DNA of 34,160 bases. It comes from Minisyncoccia bacterium. GTDB taxonomy: Bacteria; Patescibacteriota; Minisyncoccia; Phycocordibacterales; Phycocordibacteraceae. Location of the stretch: contig JBAQWN010000031.1 in the NCBI GenBank assembly GCA_049298935.1, forward strand, positions 1-34,160. Reading direction: 5' to 3'. The translations under genes were made by a program, and so were the position numbers. Shown here piece after piece: positions 6,455 through 15,746 of the stretch. How positions within the stretch are numbered: position 1 is the stretch's first letter; every line of letters begins with the position of its first letter. The notes beneath the pieces are model-generated. The model did no database searches and was not told the origin of the DNA. It was given only the letters and a program-made list of their open reading frames with translations.

Positions 6455-8950
6455 CTACAACGCAACCATGGAGGCGATAGAGTCCCCCTCACGCATTTTC
6501 ATAATACGGACGCCCTGCGTTGCGCGGGAGAGCAGTGAGATCGAGGCGACTGACGTGCGGATCACCTGCCCCTTCTTTGAAACGACAACGATTTCTTCGC
6601 TGTCTTGATTGCTTGTGACAACCTTTGCACCAATAATCTCACCAGTCTTCGGCGTTACCTCAGCCGTCTTGATACCCGAACCACCACGACCCTGCACTTT
6701 ATATTCAGACATCTTAGTGCGCTTGCCGTAGCCCTTGCTCATAATAACGAGGAGTGACGCATCTTTCGCCTCGAGAGCAGGAATGACTTCTGCCGAGACG
6801 ACATGATCGCCCTTCTTCACACTCATACCACGCACACCGCCAGCCGTACGACCCATTTCGCGCACCTCTTCAGTATCAAAACGTATCGACTGCCCTTTCG
6901 ACGTCACGATCGAGACTGTGTCACCCTCTGACGAGTGATTCGCTGAAATAAGCCTGTCACCCTTTTTCAAATTAATCGCAATGATGCCCGAGCGACGCAC
7001 ATCGGCAAATGACTTCGCCGCAACACGTTTCACCACTCCCTGCTCTGTTACGAAAACGACCGCTGAAGCGTCGAGTGCTGCACCCTTCGGCACCGGCAGT
7101 ATCGACGTCACTTTCTCGTCGCCAGCAAGCGAGAGGAAGTTCATAATACTCTTGCCCTTAGTCGCGCGACGACCCTCGGGAATCTCATACATCTTGAGCT
7201 GATACGCCTTACCGAAATCAGTAAAGAAAAGCAAGTCGCTGTGAGCTGAAGTGACGAGGAAGTGCGTCACGATGTCTTCTTCTTTTGTTGCAATATCAAC
7301 AACACCGACGCCACCGCGCTTCTGACTCTTGTATTCATCAGGATTCGTTCGCTTCACATACCCGCCCTGTGTGAGGAGCAACATCGAATCTTCATCGGGC
7401 ACCAAATCTTCAACGGAGATATTCTGCACACCACCCTTCACTATCCTCGTGCGACGATCATCGCCATATTTCTCTGAAAGCTCTTCAAGCTCCTTCTTCA
7501 CTACCGCAAGAATCTTCTTAGCCGACGAGAGAATGTCTTTCAATTTCTTGATAAGAGCTTGGATTTCAGAAAGCTCTTCTTCGAGCTTCGCGCGTTCGAG
7601 ACCTGCAAGCTTTGAGAGACGCATCTCGAGAATAGCCGCCGCTTGGAGCACCGAGAATCCAAATTTCTTCTGGAGCGCCGCACTTGCTGAAGGTACGTCT
7701 GCCGATTTCTTGATGATGGCGATGACCTCATCAATATGGTCAAGTGCCTTACAAAGACCAAGAAGAATATGTTCACGAGCCTCTGCTTGACGCAAATCGT
7801 ATTCGGTACGACGCTTCACAACCTCTTGGCGATGATGAATAAAGTGATTAAGTATTCCCTGAAGCGACAGCATTTCTGGAACTCCTTCAACAAGGGCGAG
7901 CATGTTGTAGTGGAAAGTGCTCTCAAGCTCAGTGTGCTTATAGAGAGCGTTCAAAACCGCTTGCGGATGTGCCGTACCCTTTAGCTCGACGACGATGCGA
8001 ACGTCGGGCATACCCCTCTCGTCTCCTGCCGATTCGTCACGCAAATCACGAATGCCTTCGATCTTCTTATCCTGCACCAGATCAGCGATACGGACAATGA
8101 GATCTGACTTGTTCACCCGATATGGGATTGAAGTAATGATAATGCGCGAATCCTTTTTGCCATCATCAACAATCTCTGCTTCTCCACGCACAACTACTGG
8201 ACCCTTGCCGGTACTGTACGCGTGTCTGATGTCTGCATTATTAAAAGCAACACCGCCAAGAGGAAAATCGGGCCCCTTCACAAACTGCAAAAGATCTTCG
8301 GTTGTCGCTTCTGGATTTTCGATAAGATGAACAGTCGCAGCGACAACTTCGCGCAAGTTGTGTGGTGGGACGTTGGTCGCCATACCGACAGCGATACCGA
8401 GTGTCCCGTTCAAGAGCAAGTTAGGGAGCGCTGCCGGGAGCACGTTCGGCTCCTCGCGTGTCGCGTCGTAGTTCGGATTCCATTTAACCGTCTCCTTTTC
8501 AAGATCGGCGAGAAGCGCTTCAGAGATGCGCGACATCTTCGCCTCGGTATAACGCATTGCGGCCGGCGAATCGCCGTCGATACTGCCGAAGTTTCCTTGA
8601 CCGAGCACGAGCGGATAGCGATGAGAAAATGACTGCGCCATCTTCGCCATTGAGTCATAGACAGCAACATCGCCGTGCGGGTGATATTTACCGAGCACTT
8701 CGCCGACCACTGTAGCACTCTTGCGAAACTTTGCGCTTGGCATAAGCCCCATATCTTTCATCGCGTAGAGAATACGACGGTGCACCGGCTTCAAGCCGTC
8801 ACGCACATCTGGCAAGGCGCGACCCGTAATGACGGTCATCGCGTAGTCGATATATGACTGACGCATCTCCGAAACAATCGGCTGCTCAATCACATTTGCC
8901 GCGATTGGCGTCACTATTTCTTTATCTGTATCTCCTTTACCGCGTGCCAT
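6455..8950 (-). CDS. gyrA: DNA gyrase subunit A
   Basis: 831 aa. N-terminal [12 protein letters not shown] and AAMRYTE (active-site Tyr region), plus C-terminal beta-pinwheel repeats. Confidence 0.97.
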   Translation of the reverse strand: MARGKGDTDKEIVTPIAANVIEQPIVSEMRQSYIDYAMTVITGRALPDVRDGLKPVHRRILYAMKDMGLMPSAKFRKSATVVGEVLGKYHPHGDVAVYDSMAKMAQSFSHRYPLVLGQGNFGSIDGDSPAAMRYTEAKMSRISEALLADLEKETVKWNPNYDATREEPNVLPAALPNLLLNGTLGIAVGMATNVPPHNLREVVAATVHLIENPEATTEDLLQFVKGPDFPLGGVAFNNADIRHAYSTGKGPVVVRGEAEIVDDGKKDSRIIITSIPYRVNKSDLIVRIADLVQDKKIEGIRDLRDESAGDERGMPDVRIVVELKGTAHPQAVLNALYKHTELESTFHYNMLALVEGVPEMLSLQGILNHFIHHRQEVVKRRTEYDLRQAEAREHILLGLCKALDHIDEVIAIIKKSADVPSASAALQKKFGFSVLQAAAILEMRLSKLAGLERAKLEEELSEIQALIKKLKDILSSAKKILAVVKKELEELSEKYGDDRRTRIVKGGVQNISVEDLVPDEDSMLLLTQGGYVKRTNPDEYKSQKRGGVGVVDIATKEEDIVTHFLVTSAHSDLLFFTDFGKAYQLKMYEIPEGRRATKGKSIMNFLSLAGDEKVTSILPVPKGAALDASAVVFVTEQGVVKRVAAKSFADVRRSGIIAINLKKGDRLISANHSSEGDTVSIVTSKGQSIRFDTEEVREMGRTAGGVRGMSVKKGDHVVSAEVIPALEAKDASLLVIMSKGYGKRTKMSEYKVQGRGGSGIKTAEVTPKTGEIIGAKVVTSNQDSEEIVVVSKKGQVIRTSVASISLLSRATQGVRIMKMREGDSIASMVAL

Positions 8951-8969
8951 AATAAGTCAGTATTAAAAA

Positions 8970-9317
8970 TTAGAACGGAAGTATCGTCTGCTCGTATTGA
9001 CTCTTCGCTGGTGCAGGCGGCGCTGTATCGACGACTTCAATATATGCTGGCACATTGGTGTCTCGTACCGCCGCGGCCGCACCGGCGAAACCCTCATCAG
9101 AAATAGCATTACTCTTCGGGACAACAGACGGCGCCTGGCCTGAACTCTCTGCGAAATTGCTTCCATGAATAGCAAATGCTCCCGTTGCGAGACTACCCGC
9201 AAACCATACCAAAGCAACAAGAGCACTGCCGAACGCCGCAGCACTAAAGGCGATCTTCTTACGAATATGGTGCGGCTTCCCTCTTACGTGCTCAATGTGG
9301 TCAAAGATGTTCTTCAT
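8970..9317 (-). CDS. hypothetical membrane-anchored protein
   Basis: 115 aa with a single hydrophobic helix (AFSAAAFGSALVALVWFAGSLATGAFAI). Tightly packed between the MBL-fold gene and gyrA. No family recognised. Confidence 0.5.
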   Translation of the reverse strand: MKNIFDHIEHVRGKPHHIRKKIAFSAAAFGSALVALVWFAGSLATGAFAIHGSNFAESSGQAPSVVPKSNAISDEGFAGAAAAVRDTNVPAYIEVVDTAPPAPAKSQYEQTILPF

Positions 9318-9323
9318 ATATTA

Positions 9324-9977
9324 TTACGCAGTCACTACCAGTATACTCCCATCACGCCCGATAAGGTCCTTCTTTTTCAGAGTAAGTTTATCAACTTTCT
9401 CACTACCGTTGCCTGAATCCTTGAGAAACTTCTCAAGCGACGAAGGCTCACCGATACCGCTCCAATGCATCGGGATAATAATCTTCGGTTCAAGCGAGAT
9501 AGCGAGCTCGTGCGCCCTCGCTGGTGTTAACACACTCTCTGCTGAAGAACTGCCTCCAACGGGTACAAAAAGTACGTCTATTTCACCAATACTCTCACGA
9601 GCCTCTTTTGATAATTCATGATCAGAGAGCGCACCGAGATGAACGAGGGTCATGTCTTCGAGTCCGACACTATAAATAGTATTCACCGCCTCGGTCGCTC
9701 CTTTAGCTAAACCGTATTTACTCTTAGAGAGAAACCCTTGAACCACAACACCCTGTCTCTCGTATTCGCCAGGACCAGTAATAGCGAAAGGTACTTTGTC
9801 GCCATAGGTTACTTCGTCAACACCATTCATGTCAGGATGATCGCGCGAGACGAGCGCAATATCGGCACCAAAGCGTACTGACGGGAGAGTCGCCCCTTTC
9901 GCAATAGGATCAAAAACAAGCGTCAGATCGCCAAACGTTATCTTGAAACATTGTCCGCCGTGGTGCGTGATAACCAT
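9324..9977 (-). CDS. metallo-beta-lactamase-fold hydrolase (UPF0173-like), degenerate metal motif
   Basis: MVITHHGGQCFKI..LVFDP... and ..IIIPMHW match the small MBL-fold family. The HxHxDH position reads SRDHPDM, so the first and last His appear replaced. Confidence 0.65.
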   Translation of the reverse strand: MVITHHGGQCFKITFGDLTLVFDPIAKGATLPSVRFGADIALVSRDHPDMNGVDEVTYGDKVPFAITGPGEYERQGVVVQGFLSKSKYGLAKGATEAVNTIYSVGLEDMTLVHLGALSDHELSKEARESIGEIDVLFVPVGGSSSAESVLTPARAHELAISLEPKIIIPMHWSGIGEPSSLEKFLKDSGNGSEKVDKLTLKKKDLIGRDGSILVVTA

Positions 9978-10110
9978 TGCACATATTCTAGCATTTTCTG
10001 AAGTTGTTTGCTATAGTGCAACTATCGTGTGCGAGAGAAGTACGGATCAGCTAACCCTCAGTACCGCAAGGTACGAGTACTGATTTCGAAAATCTCCACC
10101 GCTTATATAT

Positions 10111-11235
10111 ATGTCTGAAGAGAAGTCTGCTGTAAAGGCCGCTCCAATACCGACGATCCATCTTACCGAAGGGCATCCGATGGCGTCTATGATTGACTCG
10201 ATCCCAACACCTCCAACCTCTGGAGATCTTGTTGAAGGTACGATTATCGCGATTAGTCGCGGCCGTGTCTATATCGACCTCCACCCTTTCGGCACCGGCC
10301 TCATTTATGGTCGCGAATATCTCAACGCCGCCGACGTATTGCGCAAGGCAAATGCGGGCGACATTATTAGTGCAAAAGTTGTCGACCCTGCTGGGCGCGA
10401 TGGCTATTTCGAACTCTCGCTGAAGGAAGCGCGCCAGGCAGCTATCTGGGGAGAAGCAGAGCAAGCTATTCTTTCAGGAACACCATATTCACTAACGGTT
10501 GAGGGAGCAAATAAGGGCGGTCTCACTCTATCGTGGCAAGGCATACAAGGATTCCTCCCAGCGTCACAACTCGCAAATGAGCACTACCCACGTGTGCCCG
10601 AAGGCGATAAAGACAAGATTCTCGGAGAACTCATGCGCCTCGTCGGTCACCCTCTCTCGGTGCGCATTATCACCGCTGACGCGAAGGAGAGTAAACTCAT
10701 ATTCTCAGAGCGCATGAGCAACGAGTCTGAAGAGAAGTCATCCCTTATTGACAAATACCATGTGGGTGACGCTGTCGAAGGCGAAGTCACAGGCATTGTC
10801 GACTTCGGTGTCTTCGTGAAGCTTGAACAAGGACTCGAAGGGCTCGTGCACATCAGCGAGCTTGATTGGGGACTTGTTGAAGATCCTCATTCCCTCTTTA
10901 ACGTTGGTGACAAAGTGCGCGTCAAGGTTATCGAGATTAAGGACGGTAAAGTGTCGCTCTCTATCAAAGCCCTCAAAGAGAATCCGTGGCACACTGCCGC
11001 CGATCGTTATAAGAAGGGGGTCGAGGTACCGGGCGTTATTATCAAGTACAACAAGCACGGTGCGCTCGCTTCGATCGAAGAGGGTGTTGCAGGCCTCGTA
11101 CACGTGAGTGAATTTGCTTCACCACAAGAACTACGCGAGACGCTCGAACTCGGTAAGACATATCCCTTCACTATTTCCCTCTTTGAACCAAAAGATCAGC
11201 GCATGACGCTCTCCTTCGCAGGAAAGAAGAAGTAA
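10111..11235 (+). CDS. rpsA: ribosomal protein S1-like protein (four S1 domains)
   Basis: Repeated S1/OB modules (GDLVEGTII..., VGDAVEGEVTGIVDFGVFVKLEQGLEGLVHISEL, GVEVPGVIIKYNKHGALASIEEGVAGLVHVSEF). Shorter than the six-domain proteobacterial S1. Confidence 0.8.
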   Translation: MSEEKSAVKAAPIPTIHLTEGHPMASMIDSIPTPPTSGDLVEGTIIAISRGRVYIDLHPFGTGLIYGREYLNAADVLRKANAGDIISAKVVDPAGRDGYFELSLKEARQAAIWGEAEQAILSGTPYSLTVEGANKGGLTLSWQGIQGFLPASQLANEHYPRVPEGDKDKILGELMRLVGHPLSVRIITADAKESKLIFSERMSNESEEKSSLIDKYHVGDAVEGEVTGIVDFGVFVKLEQGLEGLVHISELDWGLVEDPHSLFNVGDKVRVKVIEIKDGKVSLSIKALKENPWHTAADRYKKGVEVPGVIIKYNKHGALASIEEGVAGLVHVSEFASPQELRETLELGKTYPFTISLFEPKDQRMTLSFAGKKK

Positions 11236-11241
11236 TCTCAG

Positions 11242-11284
11242 AAAAACACCCTCGCGGCGTTGCGCCGCGAGGGTGTTTTTGTTT
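11242..11284. terminator. bidirectional intrinsic terminator between convergent rpsA and pth
   Basis: 13-14-bp perfect stem ACACCCTCGCGGC(G) / (C)GCCGCGAGGGTGT flanked by AAAAA on the left and TTTTTGTTT on the right. Confidence 0.8.
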
Positions 11285-11287
11285 CTA

Positions 11288-11884
11288 TCAACGAGTATTC
11301 GCGAACATTGTTGCCACATCAACACCTTCAGAAGCAAAGAGGTGTGTTGCTTCAGCAACTTTTTTCAAAACTTTTTTCACGACCGCTTCTTCTATAGGTT
11401 TCCATTTGCCGATAACCAGCTTAATAACTTTTTCTTCACCAGAAACCTTCTTCGCCTGATTCTTCTTCCCTACTCCTGAAATTCCAATACGAATACGAGC
11501 GAAATCTTTTGTCTTCACCGCACGCATAATGCTCTCAACGCCTTTATGTCCACCGCTTCCGCGACCAAACACCATTTTCACCGTACCAAGCGGCAAATCG
11601 AGATCATCATGGATCACTAAAAGACTCTTTGCTGCTTTCGGCGCCTTAATAAACGTACTGACGGCTTTACCGGAAGCGTTCATCATCGTCTCAGGTAAGA
11701 CTAGTATCGCACTCTCACCCGCAAGATTGCCCTTCGTCATGAGCGCCTTACTTGTTTTGTTAAAAATAAACTCTGCAAAACCCTCATTCTTAGCAACAAG
11801 CTCGACAGCACTCCTCCCTGCGTTGTGCCGCGTCTTCTCGTACTCCTTCCCTGGGTTACCCAGGCCGACTATAACGAGTGTCAT
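11288..11884 (-). CDS. pth: peptidyl-tRNA hydrolase
   Basis: Start placed at the ATG at 11884 (MTLVIVGLGNPGKEYEKTRHNAG, the canonical Pth N-terminus). The 49-aa upstream extension in the track runs through the inverted repeat. Confidence 0.93.
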   Translation of the reverse strand: MTLVIVGLGNPGKEYEKTRHNAGRSAVELVAKNEGFAEFIFNKTSKALMTKGNLAGESAILVLPETMMNASGKAVSTFIKAPKAAKSLLVIHDDLDLPLGTVKMVFGRGSGGHKGVESIMRAVKTKDFARIRIGISGVGKKNQAKKVSGEEKVIKLVIGKWKPIEEAVVKKVLKKVAEATHLFASEGVDVATMFANTR

Positions 11885-11891
11885 GCGCCTG

Positions 11892-11900
11892 ATAGTACCA
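11892..11900 (-). promoter_or_regulatory. extended -10 promoter element for pth (possibly leaderless mRNA)
   Basis: The minus strand reads TGgTACTAT, then 7 nt (caggcgc), then ATG. There is no SD and no room for a leader. Confidence 0.4.
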
Positions 11901-11906
11901 CAATGA

Positions 11907-11982
11907 GCACCGAGACTCGCATTTCGGAGAGTGTGCCAAGTGCAGCGAAGCGAAACGCTCTCCGAAATGCGAGTCTCGGTGC
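11907..11982. repeat. perfect 25-bp inverted repeat with 26-nt spacer in the pth/lepB divergent intergenic region
   Basis: GCACCGAGACTCGCATTTCGGAGAG (11907-11931) is the exact reverse complement of 11958-11982. Spacer is TGTGCCAAGTGCAGCGAAGCGAAACG. Confidence 0.9.
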
Positions 11983-11999
11983 GAAGAAGTGTCAAAAAC

Positions 12000-12027
12000 T
12001 TGCGTGCGTTTACAACACGCGTACAAT
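12000..12027 (+). promoter_or_regulatory. sigma70-like promoter for lepB (possibly leaderless mRNA)
   Basis: TTGCGT (12000-12005), 16-nt spacer, TACAAT (12022-12027). The ATG at 12034 is only 6 nt after the -10 and there is no SD. Confidence 0.5.
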
Positions 12028-12033
12028 ACACTC

Positions 12034-12621
12034 ATGAACGATACTGTGAAGGGTCTTCTGAAGGATCTTTTTACGCTCGCATTCCTTATTGTAGTAGTAG
12101 TGATACCTGTTCGCATCTTTATTATCTCTCCCTTCGTTGTTGACGGAGAGTCCATGCATCCCACGTTCAAGAATCTCGATTATCTCATCATCGACGAGGC
12201 AGTTTATTACTTTAAAGATCCTGCGCGCGGCGACGTTATCGTGTTCCGGTATCCAGGCAATCCATCTATCTTCTATATCAAGCGTATTATCGGACTTCCC
12301 GGAGAAACGGTCTCGATTGATCATGGCAATCCAACCATTACAACCGAAAACGGAAAGATTCTCACACTCGCTGAACCATATATCGTAAATGAAGACGCAA
12401 CATATACAAAGAAAGTTTCGCTGGGCGATGGTGAGTATTTTGTCATGGGAGACAATCGCCCAAACAGTTCTGATAGTCGCGTATGGGGAATTCTTCCACG
12501 CAAAAACATAATCGGACGCGTCGACCTTCGTCTACTCCCTGTCAATCAAGGAGGATTCCTCCCTGGTGCAACGATCTACGAGAGCGTAACCGCCTCAACC
12601 ACACTGTCCCCAGCACTATGA
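12034..12621 (+). CDS. lepB: signal peptidase I
   Basis: Start at the internal ATG at 12034 (MNDTVKGLL.. then a TM helix). Catalytic Ser box GESMHPT, Lys box YIKRIIGLPGE, and GDNRPNSSDSR. Confidence 0.9.
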   Translation: MNDTVKGLLKDLFTLAFLIVVVVIPVRIFIISPFVVDGESMHPTFKNLDYLIIDEAVYYFKDPARGDVIVFRYPGNPSIFYIKRIIGLPGETVSIDHGNPTITTENGKILTLAEPYIVNEDATYTKKVSLGDGEYFVMGDNRPNSSDSRVWGILPRKNIIGRVDLRLLPVNQGGFLPGATIYESVTASTTLSPAL

Positions 12622-13763
12622 TACGCGAAACTATTCCCGCTGAAGAGGTATTGAGCAGAGCTCACTCCGTCGGTCAATATTATGGATTCACCCCACTCTC
12701 CACAATCACCGCAAAGATGCGTGGACTTCCTCGAGTAAAAAAGGAGTACCCAGACGTGCCAGCTACACTATCGCTCGATTCCACTGCTGAAACAATAATG
12801 AGCCTATTGGGACAATGCCGACAGACTGAGCCAGTGCCGTCACAGAGACAACCACTCTTCGTCTGGCACACCAATCTCGCACCAGGTCGCCCAGTCCAGA
12901 AAAAGACAACTGTTCAATTCCATGCACTCGGTGCCGACCGCGCTCTTGCTGACGTAGTTGTTATACGCGCCCTTATCGCACTCGTGCGCGACCTATTCCA
13001 CGAAGATCCTGTTGTCCGACTCAACTCAATGGGCGACAAAGAAACTCGTGCACGATATGCACGAGAGCTCGGTGTCTTCTTTAGAAAAAATGCAGGAAAC
13101 CATCCCGAAGAATATACAACTCGCGCTAAAGACAACGTTTTCGACGCGGCAGAATTTATTCTCGCGCAAGGAGGAGCTGAAGACCTACCTGCGCCGACCG
13201 AACATCTATCAGATGCAAGCCGAAAGCGTTTCGAAGATTTACTTGAATACCTTGAGATGACCGAGACTCCCTATGAGCTCGCACGTGGACTTATTAGTCG
13301 CCACAATGTATGGAACGACATGTGTTTCGAACTACTGATAGGAGGAAAGCGCGTCGCATGGGGCTCTCATTATAATGACCTCTTTCGACACTTCTTTCCT
13401 TCATCTACCAGCGCGACTGGAGCCATACTTACTATCGCGAGCAGTGGTGCTCTCGTGAAGCCAGTCCCTCAGGCACGCATCCGCTTCTCTTTCGTTCATA
13501 TCGGCGATGAGGCAAAACGTATATCTATTCGCCTCGCCGAAGACTTCCGGAAAGCCCGTGTCCCCCTCTCTCAATATATCGGCACCGAATCACTCACCGA
13601 ACAACTCGGTCTCGCTGAGAGAGACAATAACCCTTATCTCCTTATTGTAGGGCGCAAAGAAGCACTCGAAGGCTCAGCTATCCTCCGCAATCGCGCTACC
13701 CAAGTCGAAACACTTCTTCCTCTCTCAAATCTCATCGAACGCCTAAAGCTCGTAACTGTTTAA
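12618..13763 (+). CDS. histidyl-tRNA synthetase-like protein (HisS/HisZ family) with degenerate active-site motifs
   Basis: Start at the ATG at 12618, overlapping the lepB stop (ATGA). It appears collinear with HisRS: RETIPAEE (cf. RDxLPxE), YYGFTPLST, VRLNSMGD (cf. LELNSIGS), ARGLISRH (cf. RGLDYY), GSHYNDL (cf. GGRYDxL). A C-terminal anticodon-binding-like domain follows (FVHIGDEA...LLIVGRKE). Confidence 0.75.
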   Translation: MIRETIPAEEVLSRAHSVGQYYGFTPLSTITAKMRGLPRVKKEYPDVPATLSLDSTAETIMSLLGQCRQTEPVPSQRQPLFVWHTNLAPGRPVQKKTTVQFHALGADRALADVVVIRALIALVRDLFHEDPVVRLNSMGDKETRARYARELGVFFRKNAGNHPEEYTTRAKDNVFDAAEFILAQGGAEDLPAPTEHLSDASRKRFEDLLEYLEMTETPYELARGLISRHNVWNDMCFELLIGGKRVAWGSHYNDLFRHFFPSSTSATGAILTIASSGALVKPVPQARIRFSFVHIGDEAKRISIRLAEDFRKARVPLSQYIGTESLTEQLGLAERDNNPYLLIVGRKEALEGSAILRNRATQVETLLPLSNLIERLKLVTV

Positions 13764-13811
13764 GACTCAAATTCTAGACAGCGCACCCTGACCTGTGCTA
13801 AGGTATACCGT

Positions 13812-14081
13812 ATGACAACGTCAGCAAGCATACGAGTCGAAGTGAAGCGCGGAAAGGTAGAAAGCTCTACTGCGCTTATTCGACGTTTTACCCGACGCTC
13901 ACAAGGGCTCGGCATCGTACGTGCCGTCCGCAACAATCGGTATTGGAAGCGCCCCGAGTCAAAAAACGTCACCCACAAGCGCGCGCTCGTCTCTAAGGTC
14001 CGCCGTGAAAATTATAATGAGCAGGTCAAGCTCGGCAAGATAGATCCAGCAGCGCGTAAGAACTCGCGCACCAAGCGTTAA
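13812..14081 (+). CDS. rpsU: ribosomal protein S21
   Basis: VEVKRGKVESSTALIRRFTRRSQGLGIVRAVRNNRYWKRPESK follows the S21 pattern (V.V......AL.RF.R......R....Y.KPSE) and has a basic tail. The position upstream of ybeY is common. Confidence 0.75.
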   Translation: MTTSASIRVEVKRGKVESSTALIRRFTRRSQGLGIVRAVRNNRYWKRPESKNVTHKRALVSKVRRENYNEQVKLGKIDPAARKNSRTKR

Positions 14082-14085
14082 ACGA

Positions 14086-14556
14086 ATGGGAGTCGAGATA
14101 CGGAATCTCACACGACGCAAGCTGTCACTTCCCCAACTGGAAGACACGTATGCGACCGTCGCCGCAACCGTCCTACCGAAATGGGATATCTCACTCGTTT
14201 TTGTTGGGCCAAAGAAAGCACAGGAGTTAAACAAACATCTTCGGAATAAATCCTACATCCCAAACGTACTCTCCTATTCGCCTGGCGAAAAAAGCGGAGA
14301 GATATTTATTTGTATACAAGAAGCAGAACGACAGGCACCTAAGCACTCTATGCAAGACGTAGAATTCATCCTCTATTTGTTTATCCACGGATTATTGCAT
14401 TTGAAGGGATGGGCTCATGGCAGTATGATGGAACAATGCGAACGAAAACTCACTGCGCGATTCTACGCGCCACCTACTCATGGCGCGACGCATAGCAACC
14501 GGCATCGACATCGGGACATACCAAGTGAAAGTGGTAATCGTCGAAGAAGTCGCTGA
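14086..14556 (+). CDS. ybeY: rRNA maturation endoribonuclease YbeY
   Basis: Zinc motif HGLLHLKGWAHG (H..LH..G..H). The last ~25 codons overlap ftsA and encode a basic low-complexity tail. Confidence 0.85.
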   Translation: MGVEIRNLTRRKLSLPQLEDTYATVAATVLPKWDISLVFVGPKKAQELNKHLRNKSYIPNVLSYSPGEKSGEIFICIQEAERQAPKHSMQDVEFILYLFIHGLLHLKGWAHGSMMEQCERKLTARFYAPPTHGATHSNRHRHRDIPSESGNRRRSR

Positions 14557-15637
14557 CAAGAGCGGCGGTCGACAACTACGCATTATCGGTACGGGACTTG
14601 CTGAGTCAAAGGGCTTACGCAACGGCTACATCGTCAACAAAGAAGAAGTGTCTGCCAGTATTATCAAAGCAAAGAAGCAGGCGGAGTCTGTCGCGCACAT
14701 AGAGATACGTTCCGCCTTTCTTGCGATCGGTGGAATCTCACTCGATGAAGCTCGCGCCTCCGGCTCTGCTATTATTTCGCGTGCCGATCAGGAGATCACC
14801 CTCCTCGACCTTGATAAGGCGGCAAAGGTTGCCCGAGAAGCTGCAGCTCCAGGATTCTTAAATCGCCGCGTCCTACACAGCATCCCGCTCGAATACCGGG
14901 TTGATGGTACGAAGGTGCTTGGCGACCCTGTTGGCATGAAAGGTGTCAAACTCGAAACCGACTACCTCTTCGTGACCTGCCTCTCTCAACACGAAGACGC
15001 GCTTACCAAAGCGGTCGAGGACACAAATATAGAAATCATTGATCGCATGGGTTCCCCGCTCGCTGGCTCATATGTACTTCTCGACGGTGAACAGAAGATG
15101 CGCGGATGCGTCCTTGCGAACATTGGTGCCGAGACTGTCTCTATCGTTGTCTACGATGAGGGGATCCCCATATCGGTCAAAGTGTTCCCCGTAGGCTCAA
15201 GTCACATCACTGACGATATTGCACTCGGCTTCCGGATCTCGCTCGAAGAAGCTGAACGCGTTAAGCTCGGCAAACTCTCGGGACAAATGTATCAACGGAA
15301 AAAAATCGATGACCTCGTCACGTCTCGACTCGTCTCGATGTTCACCATCATCGACAAACATCTCAAATCACTCGGTCGTCGTGGACCTCTCCCTGCCGGC
15401 ATTATTATCTCTGGTGGCGGCGCGGGTATCGGAAGCATCAGTGACATTGCGCGAGGGTCCCTCAAGCTTCCTTCACGGCTCGCTGAATTTAAAATTTCTT
15501 CGAGCACAAAAATCTACGATGCCACATGGGCAGTCTCCTATGGTCTCGCACTCTGGGGGCTCACCGGCGACACCAATACACCGAAGAGAAGTTTGCGCGC
15601 AGCCTTCGGTAAATTCTTCCAACAATTTCTTCCTTGA
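14480..15637 (+). CDS. ftsA: cell division protein FtsA
   Basis: Actin-fold N-terminus IATGIDIGTYQVKVVI, later GAETVSIVVY and IISGGGAGI. Located immediately upstream of ftsZ. Confidence 0.9.
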   Translation: MARRIATGIDIGTYQVKVVIVEEVADKSGGRQLRIIGTGLAESKGLRNGYIVNKEEVSASIIKAKKQAESVAHIEIRSAFLAIGGISLDEARASGSAIISRADQEITLLDLDKAAKVAREAAAPGFLNRRVLHSIPLEYRVDGTKVLGDPVGMKGVKLETDYLFVTCLSQHEDALTKAVEDTNIEIIDRMGSPLAGSYVLLDGEQKMRGCVLANIGAETVSIVVYDEGIPISVKVFPVGSSHITDDIALGFRISLEEAERVKLGKLSGQMYQRKKIDDLVTSRLVSMFTIIDKHLKSLGRRGPLPAGIIISGGGAGIGSISDIARGSLKLPSRLAEFKISSSTKIYDATWAVSYGLALWGLTGDTNTPKRSLRAAFGKFFQQFLP

Positions 15638-15746
15638 GAAACACCAAGCGTGTTTGAGCGAACATTTCTTCGAAATATTTTAGACTAGTGTCAATATTTG
15701 CATAAAACGCTGTTCTGCTATTATAAGCGAACGCATCCCCCTTACT

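Noticed and set aside
12483-12617. 45-codon N-terminal extension of the HisRS-like ORF
   Set aside because: It overlaps the 3' end of lepB in another frame and encodes a basic, non-homologous peptide. The ATG at 12618 gives the RE.IP.EE HisRS-type N-terminus and an ATGA junction with lepB.
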